A DNA stretch of 44,850 bases from Octopus bimaculoides (lineage: Eukaryota). Each line of letters opens with the position of its first letter. Position 1 is the first letter of the stretch. The notes beneath the pieces were generated by a model. That model did not search any database, was not told the origin of the DNA, and saw only the letters and a program-made list of their open reading frames with translations. The translations under genes and the position numbers were made by a program. Of the stretch, positions 12,754 to 24,185 are shown one piece after another. Location of the stretch: contig NC_068982.1 in NCBI RefSeq assembly GCF_001194135.2, positions 158,493,461-158,538,310 of the forward strand. The letters run 5' to 3'.

Positions 12754-13084
12754 TGTATGTATGTATGTTTGTATGTATGTATGTATATATGTATGTATAT
12801 GCAAGTCCAAAATGTATAAATCTACTGCGTCTCTAATATATGTATATTTGACTGTGAGGCTACATTGTGTATGGTTGAAAGCTTTTGTTCATATTTTAAT
12901 GTATTCTAAAAAGAAATGCCTAATTAATAAATTTGCTTTGCAGTTTCATTAAGTATATTGCTTTGCAAATATCTACACATTCATATAAAACAGAGTAATT
13001 TGCTGATATCAGATGCTGTATACAATAGACATAGCAAGAAATTACTAGCTAGCGTTATGTCGGAAAGAGAGTAATATTTTCAAG

Positions 13085-13138
13085 ATGAAAGCTTAAAGAA
13101 ATCAGAACTTCTTCAGATCAATGCATTTCGTGCCACAG
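13085..13138 (+). CDS. Candidate 54-nt symmetric (phase 1-1) exon, xESLKKSELLQINAFRAT
   Basis: Acceptor atattttcaag, strong donor CAG|GTGAGA, open frame, length divisible by 3. No family recognised. Confidence 0.25.
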
Positions 13139-13772
13139 GTGAGATAAAGCTAAGATGCTACTCGATATTTTACTCGTTAAATGATGTAAAATATATTAAG
13201 CATATTAAAGCTTTCGATGTGTGTTTTGCTCGTATGTGTTTAATATTCACGTTCAATGAAAACAACCTATCCTGGGGATCGGCGGATTGGGTGGTGGTTA
13301 CGCTTTGAAGTGTTGGAATGTAAAATATTGCTTTTGAACATTAAGAATATACATCATACATTCTCCACACATATAAGACATATGCCATAATCATAAACCC
13401 CCTCAACACACCCACATACTCAAGATATAAAATTATATAGAGAAATTTGTCATTCAGTACACTTATTTCTGAAAGTCAAAGGCAATGAAGATAAATACGC
13501 AAAAGTTGTTACTCAAGTACCGCCCAACTGGAGACTTTGCTTCGTTTGCCAAACATTCGCGTGGGACCTTATGACGAATTGCTGTGGGTTTTCGTGCTTT
13601 AATCCAAGATGGAGATAAACACCATCCCTCCATGTGATCGGTTTAAAAATTTCGTAAGTAATTAAAGTATTTTCTTAACAATGATAGACTTACTACACAA
13701 ATGAAGAATTTTTATCTACAGATGTTGTGTTGAGCACTGATTCTCCATGTTCTAAACTTACGTATTTGTATA

Positions 13773-13804
<32 letters not shown>

Positions 13805-13992
13805 CCAGAGTAAGAACACAAATGCGAAACAAGGTGGAAAAAATAGTACTCGAATACCAAAGGTATGCTTCATTTAAAAGCAGTAAAGATGTCACAAAAT
13901 CTGTTACTCGCCGGGTAGAATTCTAAACGTGAAACAGGAACATGAAACACTGAGTAACAATTGTTGTGATATTTTTACTGATTATTAATAAA

Positions 13993-14042
<50 letters not shown>

Positions 14043-14156
14043 TCACACAAATAGAGATTTTTTAATTCCTACTTCTTTACATAAATTAAAAACTGAAAAT
14101 ATTCGGACAATTATCACAAGAGTATATTGTGACTGATTCTGTCAAATGTTTTGCAG

Positions 14157-14212
14157 AGGTCAATACAATGACATCAGACCTTAAACCTGAAGCCAAAGCC
14201 TTAACGACATAA
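14157..14212 (+). CDS. Candidate terminal exon (xVNTMTSDLKPEAKALTT*)
   Basis: Acceptor tgttttgcag; the phase-1 frame is compatible with 13085-13138 and ends in TAA at 14210-14212. Confidence 0.15.
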
Positions 14213-15267
14213 TCGATGTGATGTAAAAACTGTGTTAGGTAGTCCTTACTACAGCAAAAACCATGCTGGGCCGACTTTAGATGTTATCCTTGATTTCACC
14301 TGTTTCTTTCAGTTCGTTCATATGTAAGGCGAGTGTGATTGGGTGATACATAAAAGCAAGGGCCCTGTTGGATTGCTTGGAATAAGAACTGTTTCGGTGT
14401 ACAGACTGTGATATTTTCTCATTTCTCCCACAGTCTGCTTTGTAAAGATTGATGTTGTTGAACAGGTGCACTGGAGCAAGAGTGACTAATTTGGCATTGG
14501 CATCCTGGAAACTAAATTTGCATGACATATACATAAAAACATACATACATACATACATACATCCATACATACATATATATATATANNNNNNNNNNNNNNN
14601 NNNNNNNNNNNNNNNNNNNNNNNNNNNNNNNNNNNNNNNNNNNNNNNNNNNNNNNNNNNNNNNNNNNNNNNNNNNNNNNNNNNNNNNNNNNNNNNNNNNN
14701 NNNNNNNNNNNNNNNNNNNNNNNNNNNNNNNNNNNNNNNNNNNNNNNNNNNNNNNNNNNNNNNNNNNNNNNNNNNNNNNNNNNNNNNNNNNNNNNNNNNN
14801 NNNNNNNNNNNNNNNNNNNNNNNNNNNNNNNNNNNNNNNNNNNNNNNNNNNNNNNNNNNNNNNNNNNNNNNNNNNNNNNNNNNNNNNNNNNNNNNNNNNN
14901 NNNNNNNNNNNNNNNNNNNNNNNNNNNNNNNNNNNNNNNNNNNNNNNNNNNNNNNNNNNNNNNNNNNNNNNNNNNNNNNNNNNNNNNNNNNNNNNNNNNN
15001 NNNNNNNNNNNNNNNNNNNNNNNNNNNNNNNNNNNNNNNNNNNNNNNNNNNNNNNNNNNNNNNNNNNNNNNNNNNNNNNNNNNNNNNNNNNNNNNNNNNN
15101 NNNNNNNNNNNNNNNNNNNNNNNNNNNNNNNNNNNNNNNNNNNNNNNNNNNNNNNNNNNNNNNNNNNNNNNNNNNNNNNNNNNNNNNNNNNNNNNNNNNN
15201 NNNNNNNNNNNNNNNNNNNNNNNNNNNNNNNNNNNNNNNNNNNNNNNNNNNNNNNNNNNNNNNNNNN

Positions 15268-15298
<31 letters not shown>

Positions 15299-16219
15299 TA
15301 TATGTATATATGTATGTAACGTATATACACATTCATATACATGACTATCTAGTTCTTTATGTCTTCATATGTATGCATATATTGAGAGAGGGATAGATAC
15401 AAATAGATAGATTGATAGATACATAGACAAAAAGAGGGAGAGACAGTGACTGCGAGAAAAGAACAGAGGAGGAAAGGATACGGGAAAGGAAAGTATAGCG
15501 AGTGAAATATAGCTATGTTTGAACAGTTTTTAATAAGGTTGGCAGTGCATTATGTTAATATGCAGTTACGTTTTCTGTCTGTACGTGCTTATTCAAATTT
15601 CGACTATAATTCAAACATGGCGGGTTAAGACAGAATTTACAATACGGAGGTATTCGCTGCGTGGTATCTCATCATACAAAATAAATTATATGCTTTTCTA
15701 ATTGCATATGCATAGGATGGTGCACTTAAGATATGAAGAACCGAAGACAAAGCTGTATAGTTGACAAGTTGCTTCGAACTCATCTTATTGTTATTGAAAT
15801 TTTGTAGTTGGAACAACTATGGAAGAAAGTCACATGATAATACAATGCATTCAATACCCGTCATCAATTTCTGTCTCTATGTGAGTGCGTATGTGTTCGT
15901 ATGTGCGCTAGAATGTAATGTGTGTTTATATATATATATATATATATATATAATACATAACACATTTCCAGTACAAACACACACGAGCACAAAGTCACAG
16001 ACACACACACACACACACACACACATATGTATATATATACATACATATAATCATAAGCATATATATCATACACCAAGTTATATACGAGTATACATATGAT
16101 GTGTGTTCTAGAAGTAGTTTTCAAGATTTTAATCGGGAAATGTTTCGATTCAAGAATGATCATAGACTTTCTTCAAATATAGAAATCAAGAGCTGAAATA
16201 TATCTGCACCAACCTGTTC

Positions 16220-16660
16220 ATGTCAGCGGGCTCGAACTGTACGTCAGCCCACATTGATTGAATGAGGTAAACCTCGCCCAATGGATGTTCATCTGTGACT
16301 AGTTACAGAAACGCGAAGGAAATGTTCCTTTTCTAAAGGGATTAGTGACAGGGGATGAAAATGGATCGTCGAAAACAATGTGAAGTGCAAAATATCATAA
16401 GGAAATGGTGGTGAACCACAACCAGCAAGCTCCGAAACAAGCCTTCTCCTGGACAAGGTTATGCTTTCAATTTTGTGTGATTGGAAGGGCGTTGTCCTTT
16501 ACGAGTTACTTTCTACGGTCCAGACCATCAATTCGGATGCCTACTGTAATCGCTGAACAAATTAAACACAGCGATCCACCACTATTCTGTTGTACTTGCT
16601 AATTGTAAATACATTGTTATCATCATGAAAATGCCAGACCGCGCACTTCTTTGCAGATAT
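16220..16660 (+). mobile_element. Mariner (Tc1/mariner, DD34D-type) transposase remnant
   Basis: Across frameshifts and stops: PH*LNEVNLAQWMFICD*LQKREGNVPFLKGLVTGDE, then KVMLSILCDWKGVVLYELLSTVQTINSDAYC, then HHENARPRTSL. These match the mariner motifs PFLKRIVTGDEKW, KVMLCVWWDWKG and FHHDNARPHTS. Confidence 0.92.
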
Positions 16661-17462
16661 GGTAATCTTGTGTTTAAAGCTTGTGCCTTATTTTAGCTTA
16701 AAAACCTGAACAGAGATTTTGGTTAGCCTTATCGTTCGGTTGAATGATGATTGTGGCTCTGTATCACATGTACAGTATTCATTATTTCTTGTCTTTGGAA
16801 AGTGGCCGTATTCGACATCGATTCAAATCAATTTAAAAACAAAGAAGACAAAGGATTGCCAAATATATTTATGCTTTGTTAGGGAGAAGTCATATATCAA
16901 GTTGACCAGAACGGGAACCGAACATGGGTCAACTTAGTTGCGAGGTGATTTTAAGTTCTGTGCCAACTTAATGTCATGTGCGATAGTTATGAAATAATTC
17001 GCTGTCGGTTTCTGTAATATACGCATTTTAAACTCATAGAGATGTCGAAAGAAAACATAATTTCGGTTGTTCAGTAAAATTTAAAAGCTTTCACAGTCTC
17101 AGACTCAACCATATATCAGCATGATTGAAAACTGAAACAAATCTTGAATATTCCAAAAAAGCTGTTCATGATCCAGATTTACAAGTTTGTGTATATAAAA
17201 GTAAAAATATTATGAAGAATAACCTGGTGCAGAGAAGATACATTTTGACTAGAAAAAACTCGGGATAGCAGCACGCGTTCAGGAAATATATAACGTAAGA
17301 TGTAAAGAAATAGTAATGCCTAGCTAAAAATATGTCTATAACGGTTGATATTTTGTTGAGGTAACCATTAAGTAGTTACATACATAGAAACTTACACATA
17401 CTCACACTACTCTCTTCCCCTTTTCTCCCATCATATACCTGCATATATCCAGGTATGGATAC

Positions 17463-17521
<59 letters not shown>

Positions 17522-19347
17522 CATATATACCTGTATTTGTACAGACATACCTACATACGTGCGCATACACACACATATAGTATAATATAAAAGAAAGGAA
17601 AAATAATGTCAAATAAGACGAAGGAGTCGAAAAGAAGATTTGAGTGAAGACGTTAGGACCTCAACCAACAGTTTTCTCCGATGTAACATTTTAAAGTAAG
17701 ATGTAGTCTATGTTTTACTAAAATATTTCTTAAATTTCCGTGACTGTAACAAATACGAACAATTGACAGCGATGAATGCTGCATATCAAGCTGTGACTGT
17801 TCACAACATTTAAGGTATCAGGCTTTAAGTAAAGAGACTTAAATATTTCGCTGAATCCAGTAAATAGATTTTGTTGTCGAGGGAACTAATAATTGAGGAC
17901 AGCAAGGTTCATTCCATGTAACAATATCTTCAATACTAATATTCCCTACTAAATGTCAGTATACCAGCCACCATATTTCCACAACTGCCTGATCGGCTAA
18001 TCGTATATTGATAAGGTATACAATGTCGATATTGAAGGTGCCAATTTTAAACTATTGAGTGATATAAATAATTTTGACAGAAAGCTTAACTTGTTGACAA
18101 AATATACTAACTTCCAAAAATAAAATTAGTTTTATTTCATATTTGTTAAAATTTAACCCGTCTAGATGCATTTATGACGTTAACAGAATCTCAAACAGTC
18201 AATGTCTGAAAGACTTATATTTGACTGTCGTTAATGTAGAGCCACTGGAGTACAAAATACATATCAATTGTAGAAGTGGCGTCAAAACCTTTAGCTACTC
18301 TTAATGTGTTACAACATTAGCGTAACTTTTCTATTCCTTTATTTGACAAGGAGCCTCCACGTATAAAAATCCTACTCTCGTTGCTGTAAAACGAGAACAG
18401 AAGTATCTGGTTGTGCATTAATTTGTTTGGAGTATAAACCTGTTGCTCGTCAGTTTTAGTGTCATCTTGAGAGTGAAAAACCTTTGTCACCTTGAAAAAA
18501 TTCGCATCAAGCATCATAGGTTTTTAATTCAGTGACATTCATGTTTATTGGAAATAATAAATTTTTGTGTTCTAATCCAGTGACATATTAACTTGTTCAG
18601 GTGTAATCGTCATGAAACATTATCATAATTCAAAGTATGACTTCAATAATTTTGGGGAAAAGGAATTATTAATAAACATAAATTCTGTCAAATTTAAAGC
18701 GAAGATGAAAGTGAAGAATGTAATCCTACCGAAACTATACTTCAAAACAAACAAACAAACAAAAGAAAAAAAAAAGAAAGTAAAAAGTAAAACAAAACGA
18801 AAAAGATAGGAAGCAAGAAAGGAAAAACCAAAAATTACTATCACGGGTAAAGTGTCTTTGATCAATGGTATGCCTGCTGATCATGGATTACTTGCGGCTA
18901 AAGACAAAAGTAGGTCTTACACACAAAAACATGGCATGCGTTTAATAGCTAGAGGTGTTTGTCTTTTTAGATTTTAAAATATCTGAATAAAATAATCAAT
19001 CGCATATATTAAGGTTTTGTTAAATATTCATACATAGAAAGATATCAAAAATATAAAATAATTGTATAAGATAATTATGTCGTAGTGCATAATAGCATGC
19101 TCTGTTATGAATCAGGAGAATTAATAGTTGGTTTTGTTGATATAATATCTTTCTCTATCAAACCATATCCTCTTCAAATATATACAGCTAACGTAGAATA
19201 TTTTCAAAAGTTTAAATTTTAGTGATATATGTATATATATATCAAAGGTGCTAGGCGTTAATATGCATAACACTCACAATCGCAACCAGGCATGTATGTG
19301 TTTACATACGTATATACATGTATATGCATGCACATATATGTGTGTGC

Positions 19348-19397
<50 letters not shown>

Positions 19398-19399
19398 AA

Positions 19400-19955
19400 A
19401 CAACTAGGTGTAATGTGATACCGTAAAGGAAAAATTCAATCGGCAATAAGTGTGACTTCGGATTCTGATGTACCAACATTGCTAGACATAATAGTTAAAA
19501 TGCTCTTAATGCTATAGGGGGACCGCATAATATACACACATGCTGACAGGGGAGGTAACCGGGCCATGACCGCTTCGTGGAACCCCAGATTATATCTAGT
19601 TTTGTCTATGATTTTAAACATCGTCAGCTCGGACGGTGCATGATCGGCTAATTTTTTCTGCCACATATATGTATTTACCATAAAAATTCGTAGATGATTT
19701 AGCGAAATACTAATGCAAATACTAAATATTAATGTAAAAAGCCAGCTGCAATGTGATAGCATAAAAGGGACAATTCAATCGTCACTAAGTAAGGCTTAGG
19801 ATGCCGGAGTACCTACATTGCTAGAAACAAACGTTAACATTGTCTTAATGTTGTAGGAGGAACGCAAAATGTACGACTAGAATGTACTAGATCTATACCG
19901 GAGATACTCGCAGCGGTCACAAGGCGTTGGCTTCCCCTGTCAGCATGTGCGTACA
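19400..19955. mobile_element. Hammerhead-bearing ~339-bp repeat unit: full copy (19400-19744), truncated copy (19745-19875), inverted partial copy (~19878-19955)
   Basis: 19412-19535 and 19750-19875 are direct repeats with period 338-339, roughly 75% identical by eye (aatgtgata...aattcaatcg...gtaccWacattgctaga...tcttaatg). 19886-19951 matches the reverse complement of 19537-19600 (shared ccctgtcagcatgtg, gcggtca, actagat). Confidence 0.75.
19583..19636 (-). ncRNA. Degenerate type I hammerhead motif
   Basis: The minus strand reads CCGAG-CTGACGA-T-GTTT-AAAATCAT-AGAC-AAAAC-TAGATATA-ATC-TGGGG: intact CUGACGA, 4-bp stem II, GAAAC altered to AAAAC. The inverted copy has ACTAGATCTA, implying a palindromic stem III (ACTAGATCTAGT) as in dimer-forming PLE hammerheads. 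Confidence 0.5.
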
Positions 19956-20229
19956 GTCTGAATGACTGTGTATAGTGAACCAGCAAACTATCTCGCTTAA
20001 GAGAAGATTCGAAGTAATTTCTATTTGACGAGGCACAAGAGCTTTTCTCTTGACATATTTTCAAATGATTGTCCATATAAAGATTAGAACTCTTGACTAG
20101 GATACAGAAAGATAACGAGGAGTAGCCTCGCACAGTAACATATGTCACTCATAAGGAAGCAAATTCTCCTTCATCCAAGCGGTTCTCTGTAAAAGTCAAT
20201 GGTTTTTAAAAGTTCCCAAACACTAGCTG

Positions 20230-20410
20230 CTTTTACCAATGGGAAACACGTTTGCGAAAAATCATTAAGAACCTTTCTTTCACGTGGCATGCAGCTGCTA
20301 ACTCACTCAGGACGAACATTTAAATGGTTTTTCACGTGCTTTATGTGCTTAAAACGTTTGCGTCATGAAAGTTTGGGCACCTATCTGTCAACAGAGGCGG
20401 AGACGTCTAT
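20230..20410. promoter_or_regulatory. Cluster of E-box and promoter-type motifs
   Basis: CCAAT 20236-20240, CACGTT 20247-20252, CACGTG 20281-20286, CAGCTG 20292-20297, CACGTG 20333-20338, then GAGGCGGAG and GACGTC near 20394-20407. Motif presence only. Confidence 0.25.
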
Positions 20411-21901
20411 TTACATGAATGGAAAATAAAATCTTATTTTCATGTGTATCTAGTTTGAATACATGTGACTGTGTGTGTGTCTTTGTGTCTGTGTGTGAGA
20501 GGGTATAAGTGCATATTTGCGTGTGTTACTGTTTAGCTAACGCAAGCATTCTTTAAGATAAAGCACCTTATTACATATCACATGATTTATAATCAGGATA
20601 CCATGTCGATACGCTTGATTTCTTGGTAGGTCTAACATTAGTAAACACGGCGAAAGATCTGACATTAAGCTAATATATGCTTGTATTTTCCATAACTTGG
20701 TATCTTTCAATACAATCTGTGTGAAATGAGATGAACAGAAGCTGTGGAAAAATGTCGACTGGCCTGCACTTGTAAGTTTAAATTCCAGGCTCGTCAGAAA
20801 GTGTGTCAGTGTCTATGGAATTCTCAAGGCCTTACATTAGAATTTGAATAACTGTCGAAAGTGACGGAGAGCCATTTATATTTTTTTATATTTTTACGAT
20901 AATGCAAATGCTGCTAAGCTCATCATTCCAGACATGTTTGCTAGTTTATTCGATGACAGCTTGTCAAAACAGAAAATGAAGAATGTGAATTTCATGCATT
21001 CAAACTTAGGGGTGGTCATTTTGAAATTGTTTCGCACATCATTTCGAATATTTCAATACTGTGAAGATTGATGAGCTCCCATTAGCCGTTTTACTTTCAT
21101 AGTTTCGTACCTTTAGTTTCAATATACATCGTTTGTGTATACATTCTATGGAATATACTAAAATTTTATAGATGTTCATCTAGAAAACATTCGGTTATTT
21201 AAACAGCAGTGCAATTTATAATTAAAGGAAATTACAGACAATATATAATTAAACGAAACTACAACAACAAAAGTACATCTGTAAAAAATCATTTTAATTA
21301 TTTTTGAAACTTTCATTAACCTTTTTGTTAGTAATTACATTATCTAATCTACTTCATCGACAAGCTGTTGCCACGCTATTATACCATCTACAGCATCATA
21401 TCTGAATCAATCAGCATTTAAGATTGATCGCTGTTTTATGTACGTTTCCATATTTTTAATCACTACTCCATCAAACAGTACCAGGTGCTCACTCTACGCT
21501 ATAAGAACGTAATTTAATTAAGACCTCTTGTCCGGCCTCACATCTACTATAAGATGTTGAATTATATAGCTAAATAACGTCGAGTAATTCTGCATATTTC
21601 TCAATATGCCAAATGGCATTTACAAACAGATAATTCCATGGTATGGCCATACGCACGTTAAACTATAGTATTATTGGCATAGATATAAATGAGTGGTACA
21701 TAAATGTTTTGTCACTGCATGGATTCGGATTCAACGGAATGCGAGATATGTTGGCCAACTATATTTTATCATCGTCTCGGGTTTTCCAAAGGCTTTTGAG
21801 TGATGGTTAGCAGATGGAAAATATGGTGGATGGTCGGTCTGCATCTTGACTGGTAGACTTAATCGGCTTAAAACCATTGTGTCCTTTGTTTATACCTTTA
21901 G

Positions 21902-21981
21902 CTTAGTTCAGTCTGGTGCAAACATTTAGGTATACATACACGTGTATGTATACCTAAATGTTTGCACCAGACTGAACTAAG
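21902..21981. repeat. Perfect 80-bp palindrome with no spacer
   Basis: cttagttcagtctggtgcaaacatttaggtatacatacac is followed immediately by its exact reverse complement, just before a long (TA)n. Confidence 0.97.
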
Positions 21982-21988
21982 TATATAA

Positions 21989-22067
<79 letters not shown>

Positions 22068-22783
22068 CACAAACGCACAGACTTATTTATATGTATGTAT
22101 ATTATATATTTTGTATATATCATATATATATTATATTATTTATATTTTATCAATATGCATTGTAAACATACATCCAATATGTATGTTATATTATAGATAT
22201 ATTTATGTAATACGCACACTCACACACACACACACTTACACACATATGACAATATGTACTGAAATATTTTCTTAATATACAACGATAGAGTGTTTTCACA
22301 TCATAGTGACAAGCTACGAGAGTTTAGCTAAGAACATTGTAATCTTTAGTGAAGAATGTCTGAAATAATTACATTGAATGCATTATCTCTTATAAATTCA
22401 CAATGACAGTAAATATTGTAAATTTACTTACAAGAGTGGTAAACAAGTAATGAAAATATTCTGTTGTCATGTTTAATTCCAACGCCTGTAATAAGAAAAA
22501 GCAAAAGAGATATATTTATCATTTAAGAGAGATTGTATACAAAAGTACAGAATAAAAATAATGATTAATCCAACAAGGTATGTGCAAAACAGTTAACTCA
22601 CCTTGCACGAATAATTCACTAAACATCTCTAAAATCATGACTATCATTTAAAAATGTAACGACCTGCACCATTAATGCTTCCAGGTACTCTAAAGAAAAG
22701 TAATATCATTGGAGCAGTTATAACTTTAATTATATCTACTCTGGCTAAACATGCCTTCTACAGGTTAAACAATAACTAAAATA

Positions 22784-22862
22784 GTAAAAGAATATAATAA
22801 ATATTGTAAAGAATATAATAAATATTGTAAAGAATAAAATAGATATTGTAAAATAAATATTG
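22784..22862. repeat. ~21-bp AT-rich minisatellite, ~3.5 copies
   Basis: gtaaagaatataataaatatt repeated in tandem with decay. Confidence 0.9.
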
Positions 22863-23310
22863 ATGTTAAAATGGATCAAAACACAAATGAGTGAGAAGAA
22901 AAAAAAACTTAAAAACACTGGAACTATCTTNNNNNNNNNNNNNNNNNNNNNNNNNNNNNNNNNNNNNNNNNNNNNNNNNNNNNNNNNNNNNNNNNNNNNN
23001 NNNNNNNNNNNNNNNNNNNNNNNNNNNNNNNNNNNNNNNNNNNNNNNNNNNNNNNNNNNNNNNNNNNNNNNNNNNNNNNNNNNNNNNNNNNNNNNNNNNN
23101 NNNNNNNNNNNNNNNNNNNNNNNNNNNNNNNNNNNNNNNNNNNNNNNNNNNNNNNNNNNNNNNNNNNNNNNNNNNNNNNNNNNNNNNNNNNNNNNNNNNN
23201 NNNNNNNNNNNNNNNNNNNNNNNNNNNNNNNNNNNNNNNNNNNNNNNNNNNNNNNNNNTCACCATTCTGTTGAAATATAGCTGGCTATCAGCAGAACATC
23301 GGCTTAGCTT

Positions 23311-23321
23311 TATTATTATTA

Positions 23322-23401
<80 letters not shown>
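23311..23401. repeat. (ATT)n microsatellite
   Basis: Direct run immediately 5' of the SINE at 23405. Confidence 0.97.
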
Positions 23402-23404
23402 GTC

Positions 23405-23610
23405 AAGGCGGCGAGTTGGCAGAATCGTTAGCACGCTAGATGAAATTCTTAGCGGTATTTCGCCCGTTGCGACGTTCTGAGTTCAAATTCAGCCGGGTGG
23501 GAGGGAGGTCTCAATATATTGAGTACCAGTAGAATATTGGTGTCGATGTGATCGACGTTCCCCTCACCCCACAAATATATTTCAGGCCTTGTGTCTATCG
23601 TAGAAAGGAA
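23405..23610 (+). mobile_element. Near full-length tRNA-derived SINE (ggcggcgagctggcagaa family)
   Basis: A-box-like TGGCAGAATCGTTAG, B-box-like GAGTTCAAATTC, 3' end gtagaaagga followed by ATT-rich sequence. Homologous to 3270-3440. Confidence 0.88.
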
Positions 23611-23639
23611 TGTTATTATTATAACTATTAATATTATTG

Positions 23640-24185
23640 AGTGAGACAGCAGTGCATGGCATAAAAGTGATACTGGGGTTAAATAAACGATGGCCTTATA
23701 CCCATCATGACTACCCCTCTGATAAGGATGCACCAGGCACATGCATCACAAATATATATGCGCGTCATAATGATCTCATATCAAAATAAACAGCACATGA
23801 AGTTGCAGGTGGGACCCAGTTAGAATTTTCCTCAGTAGCCCAGCCCGCTCAAAATGTCCCTGAATAAGGTTTGTTTCAGGATGAGGAACAAACCACCCAT
23901 GTTTCCAAAGGTGATTTATCGAAACACCATAGAATTCCTCTCTACACGTGGCTATGATGCTCTCCCGCTACTTGTGCTCGTGATCAAAGATGCACATATC
24001 GTCAGCCACTAAGGGACATTCTCAACTGGTAACGGTCAAGGAACTACCAAGCAAATCTGTGGCATTGAGCAGAATATTTCCTGTAGCCCACCGTTTATAC
24101 CGAGACAAAACAATATACATTATAACACTCTCAATCAGTGAAGATGAGAAGCCATGAGAGCTACTGCCTGGTACTGCACCAGGGC
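23640..24185. mobile_element. ~545-bp non-coding interspersed repeat recognised as an abundant octopus element
   Basis: Runs from gcagtgcatggc...tacccatcatgactacc...gatgcacatatcgtcagccactaagggacat to gcctggtactgcaccagggc. Recognition is from memory; ATT-rich flanks on both sides. Confidence 0.65.

Noticed and set aside
14277-14505. 76-codon minus-strand frame (DANAKLVTLAPVHLF...) with an acceptor-like site
   Set aside because: No recognisable family; frames of this length occur by chance here, and it may be a LINE remnant.
15613-15622. YY1-like AAACATGGCG
   Set aside because: An isolated motif; the ATG frame closes after three codons and there is no other support.
20762-20797. Minus-strand CTGACGAG with a GCCTG/CAGGC stem
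   Set aside because: No GAAA or cleavage triplet follows; similar incomplete matches at ~18449, ~26766 and ~41660 were also rejected.
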